This document shows positions 24,497 through 35,914 of a stretch of DNA of 64,000 nucleotides, piece by piece. This DNA is from Nemertoderma westbladi (taxonomy: Eukaryota > Animalia > Xenacoelomorpha): positions 62,001 through 126,000 of the forward strand of contig JAUCBJ010007214.1 in assembly GCA_032718475.1 (NCBI GenBank), written 5' to 3'. Within the stretch, counting starts at the first letter, position 1. The number at the start of each line of letters is the position of its first letter. Under the pieces are notes generated by a model. It was not told where the DNA came from, ran no database searches, and saw only the letters and a program-made list of their open reading frames with translations. A program made the translations under genes and the position numbers.

Positions 24497-27400
24497 ATGA
24501 GCGATTCGGGCGAGACACCACCGCGGACCCCGGACGAAGACCTAACGATCCGCGAGGCCGCGACCAAACGATACAGGCCCACGACGCCGGAGCCATCGAT
24601 AGTGGGCGGACCGGAAGTCGAGGATGAGGGGGGCCTGGAGCTCGAAGCCGAGCCAAGAGAAAGGGAGAGCGAGAAGGAGGGAGAAAGGGCGGAGTCGACA
24701 CGGGACGGAGAAAGGCGCGCCGATGTCGCCGGCCAGCTACCGGCCGAGGGCGACGAGCGGCCCACCGAAACGGTGACGGTGGGGCCGACGGTGCGACGCC
24801 GGACGCGAAGAGACGGAACAAAGATCGGTACCGATGTCGCCGGCCAGCTACAGGCCGAGGGCGACGGACGGCCCACCGGAACGGCGACGGTGGAGCCGCC
24901 GGTACGACGTCGAACCCGGAGGGAGAGGGGAGAAGTCGGCGACGAGGACGTCGGGGTTTCTGAGCGACTCCGACGCGCTTACATCGCAACCCGGAGGATA
25001 CTAAACGATGCCAAGAAGAAAGGGGCGAAGGTGGACGAGGTGAGACTGAGGAAGCGACTAGGTGAGTCGGATAAACACTTTAGTTATCTAATACACTTTG
25101 AGCAGAGAGAGCTAGCCGAAACGAGGGCACATGAGATTGCCGTGGAACTATTGGAACTGTGGGAGCGTGGGGGTATGGAACCTAGTGTAGGGCCAGTGTA
25201 CATAGGGCCATACTCGGTCGATGCCCGGGGAATAAAACCGGTGGGTTGGAGGGGACTCGAAGGGGGCGAATCCGAGGTTAACTCCGAGGATTCGGCCTCG
25301 TCGGTCGGAGAAAGTTCCGGGAAGCGGGGGAGAGCCAGTGGGTCGGGAAGGCGGAGGGAATCCGTTACAACCGATAAGTCTGCTACATCCTCCGTAAAAG
25401 AAAGACGGGTGAGAGAGATAGAGGCCAGACACCGTCTCAATCTAGCGGTGGAAGCTAATAGAGAAGTAGGTAGACGGCTAGAGGAGGGGAGAGTGATGCT
25501 AGAGAGGGAAGCGGTGTCGATTAAAGAGTTAAGGGAAAGGGGCGAAAGGGCCGCGAGGAACCTTAGGGAGTATGACGAGATGGAGTTGAGGGAAGAGAGG
25601 GAACGCGAGGCGGAACGCGAGAAACGCGAGGCGGAACGCAGGGAGCGTGAGGCGAGAGAGGAAAGTGAACGCAGGGAGCGTGAGGCGAGAGAGGAAAGTG
25701 AACGCAGGGAGCGTGAGGCGAGAGAGGAAAGTGAACGCAAAGAGCGTAAGGCGAGAAGAAGAGAGGGGATTGTGAGAGAGATGGAATTGGTCGAGCAGAG
25801 AGAACGGGAGTCTAGCGAGAAAGTAACAAGAGAGGAGAGTGGCCGAATAGAGTTAGAGAAACGGCGAGAGAAACTCCTAGAGTATACAGCTGTACACGCG
25901 CGCGATTTGGAACGGGCGCGGGCAGGAGTGTCTGAAAGCGGGGCCGGCTCGAGTATTTTTGAGGAGCCGAGGGCCGTAGATACATTTATTAATGCCCCAC
26001 TGACAGGGACCGCACGACAGACCCAAAACTGGTGTGACCGTACGGGCGGGGGGGGTAATAATAATGATGGTACAGTAGGCGTTGTTAATATTGATAATAC
26101 CGTATGGGACAACACTAATCAAACCTTTATTGCAGGAAATACTTTACCTAGTGGTAGTAATTTAAATTTAAATCAGAACAATCCTAGTGTTAATGTAGGA
26201 GATAATTCTAATATTGATGTAGTTACGCAAAATAATTCAAATAATCAAAATAATAATCCAAATTCGAGCCTACAAAATAATTTAAATAACGCGATCACGC
26301 AAAATAATTCGAATAATTTAAATAATGACCTAAATCCGAATTTACAAAATAATTCGGATAACGTGGCCGCCCAGAGTAATACAAACGATTTTGTTTTGGG
26401 CGAGCAAATTAATTCCGTTTCCAATATGGGTGTTATTAGTGTAGACACGTCGGGCCTACGTAACCAGGGAGCAGAGGGCCTGGTAGGCCACGTAGTTAGT
26501 AGACAGGGAGCAGAGGGCCTGGTAGGCCACGTAGTTAGTAGACAGGGAGCAGAGGGCCTGGTAGGCCACGTAGTTAGTAGACAGGGGGCAGAGGGCCTGG
26601 TAGGCCACGTAGTTAGTAGACAGGGAGCAGAGGGCCTGGTAGGCCACGTAGTTAGTAGACAGGGAGCAGAGGGCCTGGTAGGCCACGTAGTTAGTAGACA
26701 GGGGGCAGAGGGCCTGGTAGGCCGCGTAGTTAGTAGACAGGGGGCAGAGGGCCTGGTAGGCCGCGTAGTTGGTAGGCAGGGAGTAGAGGGCCTGGAAGGC
26801 CACGCAATAGCAGAGGGAGAGGCGGGGGTGAATAGACCCGACTGCGGTAGGGTTGATGTGTCGACTAGAGAGACATATAGTAGCGGGGCGAGAGGTAGCG
26901 AAGTTAGATGTAGCGAGTGGGGGGGGGCTACGAGCACCCCACAACAGAAAGTTAGCGGCGAGAGGGGGGGGGCAGAGAGTGTCCCACAGCCGTCAGCGGA
27001 CAATGCGAGGGCCGAACAAGGTAAACCGCAACAACCGGCGACGGAAAGTAATAGGGGGATTGCGAGTATCCCCAGCGACGTGCGATCGAGCAGAGAAAGA
27101 CAGGTTGACGTCGCGAGAGGGCAGACGGAGCGTCGAGCCCGATCAGAGGAGGAAAGAAGAACAGTGGGGTTTAACCGGGAGGTCGACGAGAGATCTCGTG
27201 AGCGGGAATATTCCACTGATAGGAGAAGAGAGGAAGAGAGTAGTAGAAGTATCGCCGCAAACGATAGAAGAGCGAGGACGGACAGCGAGCCGTCGGTAGT
27301 CGAGATGAGAACGGAGAGTCAGTGGGGTCGGACTCCGGGAGATTGCCGTCGCCCCGGAGGGATGCGATCCGGTGAGACGCATTACACGCCGAGAGAGGGG

Positions 27401-28890
27401 TACGCGATGTACCGGTACGAAGATGAAAACAGTGGAGAGGGGGGTCGAAGAGAAACTTTCCGACGGAATATACCTACCGATCGAGAATACGGTAGCCGCG
27501 GGGAGGATTATTCGAGAAGAATAAACTTCGATCCCGAGCAACACATGCAGACTGTAGGGCATACTGTAGGTCTTACTGCACATACCGTAGGCCATACTGA
27601 GAGAGGCAATGTAGGCGATAGGATAGCGCGGACAACGGGATTAAACCCGGAAGTCGCGGAATACATACCGGCGAGTAGGCCAGAAGCTGATAGGCCTATA
27701 CCGGTACCAGCACAGCAGTATGACTACAGCATGCAGGGACATAACATATACCCAGGGGAGGGGGGAATTATTGCGGATAGGTGTATGGGCCCCAACATAT
27801 TAACATCAACCCCAGTACCAGACATACCGGTGGGGGGGGGGACAGGGTGACATTCCCCCATCACAATATCAACAATATACCCCGACAGGAACAAGAACAA
27901 CGAGACCCCTAGATGAAAACAGGTCGTGTGATACAGACATATGGAGGGGGCCGCTACCCCCGATGACATATCCGAGTCAGAGAAGATCAAGAAATAGGAC
28001 GGACGAACCGCACCAGACAGGGGAAACTATACAGCACCCGTCGAATCCATTGGAAGCGCAGGCAATGGGGATGGCCACGTTGATCGATGCGTTGAAGACA
28101 AGGATCGAACTACCACCCGTGGAACCATTCAAATTCGATGGGAGTAGGCCGGAAGAATACTTACAGTTTCGGCGAATGTATAGTAACGAAATACTAACAA
28201 AAAACTTGACGCAGGCGGAGTGCCTAAAGTATCTACAAGTGTACACGGGAGGCCCAGCATACGATATCGTGAGGCAATACCAAGGGAATAGAGGGCGGCT
28301 TCACGACAGCATGGCGGGCACTGGATAGGGAATACGGGCACCCGGCCAAGATCATCAGGCAAACGCTGAGAGGCATAACATCGGGTGGCCTACAGGATAA
28401 TCCCGTTAGCATTAAGACGTTTGCTAACAAAGTCGAGAAGGCGCTGATCGTGCTGAAGACGCTAGACGCGCCATACGAGCTCAACGCGTCCAATAACATC
28501 ACCACGATAGCGCAGGCACTACCGAGCTGGCTGCGCAACAAATGGAGGAAGATCGCTTTCTCCACCCGAGACAAGAAGGGTGCGGAACCAGGTTTAGAAG
28601 AAATGTCAAACTTCTTAAATTACGAGGCTGAACTAATAACGGACCCAGTCTATAGTGAAGATAGCCTGGGAAAGGGACCAAAGACAGATCACTACAGGCC
28701 CAAACCAGAGCACAATACATCGAACGCGTTACCGAGACTCAGGCAATCATTGCCATATGCAGCGACGCAGGGGACTGCAAGTCCACAGGCAAGCGAAGAT
28801 AAGACAACATCAAGGGACGGACAGGGGAACAATAACAACATGAATAAACATAACCCCAGTACGTCCAGTAGGCTCAAACCCAGTCAATAA
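24497..28890 (+). pseudogene. BEL/Pao gag with a very long low-complexity N-terminal extension; frameshifts at ~27840 (G-run) and ~28290
   Basis: DUF1759-like IELPPVEPFKFDGSRPEEY...LKYLQVYTGGPA, then LDREYG and LPSWLRNKW. The N-terminal 1117 aa contains E/R coiled-coil, N-rich and tandem-repeat blocks. Confidence 0.85.
26465..26790 (+). repeat. 39-bp coding minisatellite (~8 units, RQGAEGLVGHVVS)
   Basis: Directly visible tandem units cagggagcagagggcctggtaggccacgtagttagtaga. Confidence 0.95.
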
Positions 28891-28936
28891 GAATAGTAGG
28901 GACTTTGGTACGAATATAACTGCGATACGCAACGCA

Positions 28937-30439
28937 TTGTATAAAGAGGGCTACGACCCAAAGAGCAAATGCCAGTTACACGCAAATGCGCTTCATAAAA
29001 CCATGAACTGCAGGTACTGGCAGGCGCTACCGAGGCAAGATCAGATAGATTACGCGTCGAGCAATAAAATCTGCTCGCGATGTGTAAAGAGTGGACACAA
29101 GGCCAGGGAATGCCAAGAGAAGCCGGTCAAGTTTGGCCAAAGGAGAGGCCAGACGATGGCAACGAGCACAGTAGGGGCGAAGAAGAGAGGAACAGTGCTA
29201 CTTGGAGTAGTACCAGTACGAGTGATCGGGGAAGGCAATCGATCAGTAACAACACTAATGCTGGTTGATAGTGGAGCTGCCTTCACACTAGTTGAGGAAT
29301 GGATAGCCGAAGAAATTGGGTTGAGAACGAGGCCAAGCAGGATGGCGGTGACAACCATCTCTAGCAAGGACGAGGTCCTAGAGATGAGGACAGGACGGTG
29401 CGCAATTGCAGCAGTGGCACCAGGATGCGATTATGGGGCGACCATTGACCCCATCCAAGTAATAGAGTCAATTAACATCAATGCCAGGCGGCCAACCAAC
29501 ATCGAGGTCGAGCAATACAAATTCCTGGACAACATTGACTTCTCAATCCCAGACGTGGACGTTAGGAAGGTATCCATCATAGTAGGCATGGACTGCCCAA
29601 CGGCCCACGAGAGAATGCAGACGGTCTTCGGCGAAGACAAGCAGAGCGACCCGGTGGCCATATTAACACCATTCGGGTGGACACTGACAGGCCCAATTAA
29701 GAGTAATATACCATTCCATGTGTCCGAGAGTTCAGGATGCATGGTGCCAGGAACTGACGAGATAGAGGAGAGGCCAGAGATGGGCGATAGTGGTAGACAG
29801 CTAGAAGTAGAAGCAACACCAAGAGAGTGGGCGGAGGAGAATGGTATGGATGCAGAAGATCTAGAGACGATGGGTTGGAATAAGGGTCCCAGCAAGTATC
29901 GGTATGGAGATGGGGAGGAGCGGACGGTGGAGTGCCGGGAGGACAAACCGGAGAAGTGCCCGGTGGAGTGTCCAGAGGAGCGCCCGGAAGAGACGCCGGT
30001 CCGGTTGAGAGGCATACCGACAAGGGGGAAGCCGAGTAAGAATACAAGATGGAAAGGGAGAAGATGTGAGACGATCAGACCAGGGGCAGAGAAGCCCATG
30101 AATAAACATATGGTGGACAAAGGAGGCGGGAGAGTAGGAGGCGTGCTGCGTACGCACGCGAAACTGACAGAGTGCGAGGGGGCATTACATGGGCAGGCAT
30201 CGTGTATACCGAAGGACGAACGGGGGTCGTTGAAGCCTTTAATGCCAGCACACATATTAAGGGGGAGGCCAGCAGAGGTGGCATCTAAGATTAAGGAGAA
30301 GAACAGGGGCGGCATTATACCGCCGGATGACACGTTGAAGGGTGGCACTTTGCCGCCAAGGGACGACCACGAGATCAGAAACATAAATAGAAGACAGCAT
30401 TTACAATTAAAAAAAAAAAAAAACCACCTATCGAATTGA
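28937..30439 (+). pseudogene. Gag zinc knuckles + aspartic protease fused to a remnant of the integrase C-terminus
   Basis: CSRCVKSGHKAREC, LVDSGAAFTLV, IIVGMD, TPFGWTLTGP, then unrelated E/P-rich sequence and LKPLMPAHILRG. A DGRVRSVK remnant (DUF5641) lies out of frame at ~30548. Confidence 0.85.
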
Positions 30440-30753
30440 CAAGGAGAGCGGAGCGAAGAATTAGAGAACCTATAGGGGGGCAGTGGGAGAGTTGCCTGCT
30501 GGAGGAATCACCCCTTGGGTCGCTGAGTGTCCAACAGGTTGGACTGGGATGGAAGAGTTAGATCCGTAAAAGGTGCGGGCAGAGGTGTTACCTGTCTTCT
30601 AGAAGGGGCACCTTAAAGCGGAGTTAGAGTGAAGTTTAGTCGTCCAAATTTTGGACTGAGGGGGGTGGGATTGAGGGCGAGACGCCCTTCCCACAAAAAT
30701 AAAAATAAAATAAAATAAAAATAATAGTACATAGTAGGCAGAAATTAGCTAAG

Positions 30754-31620
30754 AGGTACGTAGTACCTAGTTAGAGTTAGAGTTAGTAGGTACGTAGTAC
30801 CGATAGAGTTAGAGTTACTAGGTACGTAGTACCAATAGCTAGTTAGAGTTGGAGGGTACGTAGTACCGATAGTTAGAGAGTTAGTAGGTACGTAGTACCT
30901 AGTTAGAGTTAGAGTTAGAGGGTACGTAATGCCTAGTTAGAGTTAGAGCTAGAGGGTAGGTAGTACCGATAGAGTTAGAGTTACCAGGTACGTAGTACCA
31001 ATAGTTAGTTAGAGTTCGAGGGTACGTAGTACCGATAGTTAGAGAGTTAATAGGTACGTAGTACCTAGTTAGAGTTAGTTAGTTAACTAGGTACGTAGTA
31101 CCTAGTTAGAGTTAGAGAGTTAGTAGGTACGTAGTACCTAGTTAGAGTTAGAGAGTTAGTAGGTACGTAGTACCTAGTTAGAGTTAGAGTTAGTAGGTAC
31201 GTAGTACCGATAGAGTTAGAGTTACTAGGTACGTAGTACCAATAGCTAGTTAGAGTTGGAGGGTACGTAGTACCGATAGTTAGAGAGTTAGTAGGTACGT
31301 AGTACCTAGTTAGAGTTAGAGTTAGAGGGTACGTAATGCCTAGTTAGAGTTAGAGCTAGAGGGTAGGTAGTACCTAGTTAGAGTTAGAGAGTTAATAGGT
31401 ACGTAGTACCTAGTTAGAGTTAGAGAGTTAGTAGGTACGTAGTACCTAGTTAGAGTTAGAGAGTTAGTAGGTACGTAGTACCTAGTTAGAGTTAGAGTTA
31501 GAGGGTACGTAATGCCTAGTTAGAGTTAGAGTTAAAGGGTAGGTAGTACCGATAGAGTTAGAGTTAGTAGGTACGTGGTACCTAGTCAGAGTTAGAGTTA
31601 GTAGGTACGTAGTACCATTA
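30754..31620 (+). repeat. Tandem array of ~26 units of 32-37 bp: GGTACGTAGTACC hairpin + (GTTAGA)n linkers
   Basis: Directly visible. Variant blocks recur at higher order (30755-30960 is similar to 31162-31370). Confidence 0.9.
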
Positions 31621-32130
31621 GTTAGAGAGAGAGAGTAAGAGGTAAAAGGGGTAAAAATAGGATATAGATATTAGATAGCAGTAAGTAGAGTTAGTAGCGA
31701 GAGGGGGGCATATGAGTGCAGCTGGATAAATCGTGTGGCCACACGACGCATACTGCTGTACTGCATAGGCCCACTGAGTAGGCCAGAATATGGATCAGAG
31801 AGAGAATAGAATAAATCCATAGGCAGTAGTAAGTAGTAGGACAGTAGAATCAAAGCAAAATAAATAAATAAATAGAATAGGGCTAAAAATCGAAAATAGT
31901 GGTAACACAAGGAAAGTCGTTCTAGAACATAATAAAAGTAACGGACGGAAATTGTAAATTAGGCTGATTTACTAGCTCCGAAATTAATTAGGTTAAATTA
32001 AGCTTGAAAGGCGCAGTTAAGTAGAAAAGTAGGCCATTATCGAACTGTAGGAAACATCTCAATACATCACTCATCTGTATTGCGCCTTGGTAAGGCACCA
32101 CCCTACAGGTGAGCGAGTGTAGTGTTCGGA

Positions 32131-34665
32131 ATGGCGAGTAAGCTGATCAGGAAGAGAAAGGCGGAGTCGGGAGGAAAAGAAATATTGGTGGATTTCACCG
32201 AAAGACACCCGGAGGAGAAGACGAGAGGATACTACGAGAGGTTGGAAAGGGGTCACGCGGCACGAGCGCTGCAGGATCATTTCCGGGAGGCGCACGAACA
32301 GCGGTTGGTCGGGACCTACGGGACGCCGTCGCTGGACAACGCGATCTTCCAACACTTCCACTACGTGGTGAAAGGGGACGAGGCGAAGTTCGGGATTCCG
32401 AAGTATCCGAGGGAATCGCCGAGGAAGGACTGGAAAAGATTCATAGAGTCCGTCAACAGAGGAGGATATATGATCCTAGATGACGAGGGAACCGTGGAAG
32501 ACGAAGCGGGTTCGAGACGAGGAACAGCAGGGTCGGCCAGGACCATACTCTTACATTTGGCAGCGCCAAATGGGGACATCTTCTTATTCGACCTAGGGAC
32601 GTATGGGAAGAAGGACGGGCCGAAATTAGATCGACTACCGAAAGCGGTACAGGTCTTAGTAAGAGAGAAGTCGACGACGAAAGTGGGATCGGCGATCCGC
32701 GAGGACGCGGAGAGGATCATCGGTCCGGACGCCACCAACCTCCTGGATATGCAGAAAGTCTTTATGGCTATGACGGCACCGGATGGATTGGGGGTGGTCG
32801 AGAACTCAGGCCAGTGCGGGGCGGTGGCGATGGGCCAATTATTGGGGCTCGTATGCCACAAACCAATGGATTGGGGGAAGTTTAGGGAAGAATACGGAGC
32901 AGAACTAGCGAACTCGCTGAAGTGGGGAGCGAGACCGGGAAAGCAGGAGGTATATCAGTTTCGCAGAGGAGCGATAAAGGTATATCAGAAGCGATATATC
33001 CTGCAGGAGGACTGGATGATGATAAGTTTACTTAACTTATTCATGACCGTAGTTATCGAAAGAGAACCAGGGGCATTTCTGTTATCGGGATCACCCCTAA
33101 GCTACAGGAGAGCCTTTAAAGTGGCCTTTGACGGTCTGGTAGACCACCCGGGGCTGAAGGGCGAGTCGGTGTACTACAACAGCCGACATCTGGTAGACGG
33201 GGAGACAGACACACCGTATCAGAGATGGGAGCAGCTAGAGATGGATAGACGGGAAGCAAAGCGACTGGAAGAAGTCGCTAGACGGGAGAGGATAGAAGCA
33301 GAGGAGAGGGAAGAGGAGGCCAGGGCACAGAGCTACGGCTTCGAGGAACAGGCGGGCCTAGACGAACTTCATTGGACTTCGTCGGGGAGTTCGGGGGAGT
33401 CTCTAGGGCGAGAATTGGGATGGACGGTGGGATCGCCGAAACAGTCGACGTCGGGGTTGCAAACGATGCCCATGCCAGCGGGCGCCGAGGGCGACCAACC
33501 GCCAAGGAAGTTAAGGGAGCTGGAGGGATGGAGAGCTACGGGCGAGAGCCAAGGCGGGAAGGGACATAGTGGATCCATCGGGATACCGGGATTGGAGACA
33601 CTACCAGAAGAGGAGGACGACGACGACGAGTTCGGAGAGATACCGCCCATCGAGAGGATAGGCCACTCGGACACGGACTGGGTTGGCGGGAGGGTGGTGA
33701 CGGCCAGTGGGGCGAGGGCCTTCTGGAATAGATCCGGCAAGCGGACCTGGGTGCACGAGGGGCCGGCGATGGATTTCGCGGGGAGCACCATCAGGTTGGG
33801 CGAGCAACCGGGAACGGCACCACGGATAGTATTCGGGGAGACAATGCCCGAGAGGGGCGGAGAGATCGACGTGAACAGGGAGAGCAACGTGGAGAAGTTT
33901 GCCTACCAGCGACTCCATAGACCGCGGAGATCGCTTGGGACAAAGGACGAGGTGGGACGCGAGACATTGGTACTCGGCTGCGACTACTGTGGGAGACAGA
34001 CCCATCGGGAAAGCAGCTGCCTATACCGGTTCCAACGGGGAACCTTTTGTCTCTATTGTAGAGAACCAAGTCACAGGATGGGGGCGTGTCCACGGTTGCA
34101 TAACCGATGTCCAAAGTGCCACTTTCGGGGACACTACGGGCGGGAGTGCGACTGGATGAGCGACGAGGAGAAGTTCACGAGGTTCGAGGAGTGGGCCGAC
34201 GTCGGGGCCATGACGCGCCAGCGCATGAAGGCCCAAGAGTTCAAGTGGGGTTTCTTCCTCATAAACCAGGAGACCCACATGGAAATCATAAAGCGAAGGT
34301 TACCGTTTACCTATCAAGAGGTAGCTACGGCGGCATCGTTCGCCGGAGTTATGAACACGCAACGGTACCTGGACAGGTGGACACCAGAGAACCGGAGGGA
34401 GTTTAGGGATTTCTTGGCGGAACACGTGCCAAAGGCAATGAAGATGATTCTATGGGACGCCACACGAGGGAAACAACCAGGCCATTCTGAGGGGCCACCG
34501 GCGAAGCGGTATCGGGCTTTAATAACACCAGCGCCCAAGGAGCCGACGACCGGGATCAGCAAGGAAGTGGCAGCAAAGGTCCGGAAACAGAAAGCGGATG
34601 ATGCCAGAGGAGCAGTGATAACCAAGAAACGGGCCAGGGAAGAGGACGTGAGGAGGAACAGATAA
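32131..34665 (+). CDS. ORF3: DEDDy-type 3'-5' exonuclease (RNase D/WRN/EXD-like) + acidic linker + three CCHC zinc knuckles, 844 aa
   Basis: ExoI ILDDEG; LLHLA...IFLFDL; LPKAVQVLV...KVGSAIRED (ExoII); LLDMQ; ExoIII-like YILQED. Knuckles CDYC-H-C, CLYC-H-C, CPKC-H-C. The reading frame is uninterrupted. Confidence 0.75.
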   Translation: MASKLIRKRKAESGGKEILVDFTERHPEEKTRGYYERLERGHAARALQDHFREAHEQRLVGTYGTPSLDNAIFQHFHYVVKGDEAKFGIPKYPRESPRKDWKRFIESVNRGGYMILDDEGTVEDEAGSRRGTAGSARTILLHLAAPNGDIFLFDLGTYGKKDGPKLDRLPKAVQVLVREKSTTKVGSAIREDAERIIGPDATNLLDMQKVFMAMTAPDGLGVVENSGQCGAVAMGQLLGLVCHKPMDWGKFREEYGAELANSLKWGARPGKQEVYQFRRGAIKVYQKRYILQEDWMMISLLNLFMTVVIEREPGAFLLSGSPLSYRRAFKVAFDGLVDHPGLKGESVYYNSRHLVDGETDTPYQRWEQLEMDRREAKRLEEVARRERIEAEEREEEARAQSYGFEEQAGLDELHWTSSGSSGESLGRELGWTVGSPKQSTSGLQTMPMPAGAEGDQPPRKLRELEGWRATGESQGGKGHSGSIGIPGLETLPEEEDDDDEFGEIPPIERIGHSDTDWVGGRVVTASGARAFWNRSGKRTWVHEGPAMDFAGSTIRLGEQPGTAPRIVFGETMPERGGEIDVNRESNVEKFAYQRLHRPRRSLGTKDEVGRETLVLGCDYCGRQTHRESSCLYRFQRGTFCLYCREPSHRMGACPRLHNRCPKCHFRGHYGRECDWMSDEEKFTRFEEWADVGAMTRQRMKAQEFKWGFFLINQETHMEIIKRRLPFTYQEVATAASFAGVMNTQRYLDRWTPENRREFRDFLAEHVPKAMKMILWDATRGKQPGHSEGPPAKRYRALITPAPKEPTTGISKEVAAKVRKQKADDARGAVITKKRAREEDVRRNR

Positions 34666-35365
34666 GTTCCCGGAGACGAGGGAATGAGACTGAGACTGGG
34701 AGGTGGTGCGCCTGGAAGGCGCCGCATGTAACGTACGAACTATTAAGTATAAATTTAATTAATGCAAATAACCATATAAGTGCAATTCGTATGTACGTAC
34801 GTAGTGATTAGCAGTAAAATACATACGTTTGGAGTAAGTACTATAGTCATACAACCTTTCTCAATTAGCTACTGGGACTGGGGGACAATTGACTATGGCA
34901 CTATGGACGAGACAACTGACAACTTCACGCTTCTTGAGTGCGACGGCACGGAAGGGGGGGGGGAGGTTCGTCAAGAGAGATAAAACAGTCAAAGTGGGGT
35001 TGAGAATCGGAATAAGAGTGCGAAGTGCGGAGAGAGTGCGAACGCAATTCTAGTGTGGGGGGGGAAGAATAAGAGGCTGAGTGAGGGACGGGGAGGTCCG
35101 GGGGTATGAGAGAGTTAGAGTGAGAGTGAAGGTGGGATAGGGCGAAAGTGTTGGGGAAACAAAGGTCGTGTGAAGAGGTGAGCGCGATCGGCCCGACATG
35201 AGACGCCAGGCACACAGGGTAGCGTTATCATACCCATAGGGGGCGGCCTGGAAAGCCGGCTCCAAGAGAAAAGAATTCCACCCCACACCCGATACTAGAT
35301 CGGGATCCAGCGGGATTGTAGCGCACTTTTAGGTTGATGCTATCTTCTTACCGGGAAGATAGCAT

Positions 35366-35374
35366 GGGGGGGAG
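35366..35374 (+). promoter_or_regulatory. Polypurine tract
   Basis: GGGGGGGAG immediately before the 3' LTR TGT. Confidence 0.85.
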
Positions 35375-35914
35375 TGTTAGCTTATTCAATCCCGCCAACA
35401 CCCCATAAAGTTGTAAGCCGATAAGCAATATTGGGAGCCGCGAGATTGGGCAATTAACCAACTCGCGCCATCCCAATAAGAGTGGGAAGGAAGCACACAA
35501 TAGAGGGTCAGGGGCCAAACCCCTAACCCAAGGAGAACAGGTGGAGTGAAGGGGAATACTCCACGGGGCGCCAACAAGGGTATTAACCAATCAGAGGGGG
35601 GAATGGCATCGATTGAGTAGCAATTAGGCCAACCGTGCAGTATAGCCACTTGGCAGTAATATTACCTATTCAGTTATCACAGTGCAGCAGTGCTAGCGTA
35701 GGGTACAGCCAATTAGTTTAGTTAGGGGATCACGGGACTTTAGTTACCGTATCCCGCCTTGTACACATTCACATATATCTATATCTTATAACTCTCCTAT
35801 TATACACCGAACTTCAGAACTCAGTCACTTTATTTCATCCTTATACACGGCGGGGACGCGTGGACTAAATTACCACAACCGGATAAATCGGGATCCCTCT
35901 TGGATCCCGTCACA
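35375..35914 (+). repeat. 3' LTR (540 bp)
   Basis: Near-identical to 23854-24391. Confidence 0.95.

Larger units (their letters stand above)
23854..35914 (+). mobile_element. Young non-autonomous BEL/Pao LTR retrotransposon (gag, protease, deleted pol, extra ORF3)
   Basis: Two near-identical LTRs, BEL-type gag and protease, PPT. No RT, RNase H or integrase core motifs. Flanks GTCTG and CCTTA do not form a TSD. Confidence 0.92.

Noticed and set aside
24307-30384. Long antisense ORFs (e.g. 25084-26115, 26245-27216, 29431-30384)
   Set aside because: Shadows of purine-rich, repetitive sense coding sequence. They are Ser/Leu/Pro-rich with no motifs.
30754-31620. CRISPR-like array (palindromic repeat with variable spacers)
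   Set aside because: The linkers are variants of one GTTAGA motif rather than unique spacers, there are no cas genes, and the context is a eukaryotic LTR element.
32131-34665. env or a second gag gene
   Set aside because: No signal peptide, TM anchor or capsid motif. Exonuclease motifs precede the knuckles.
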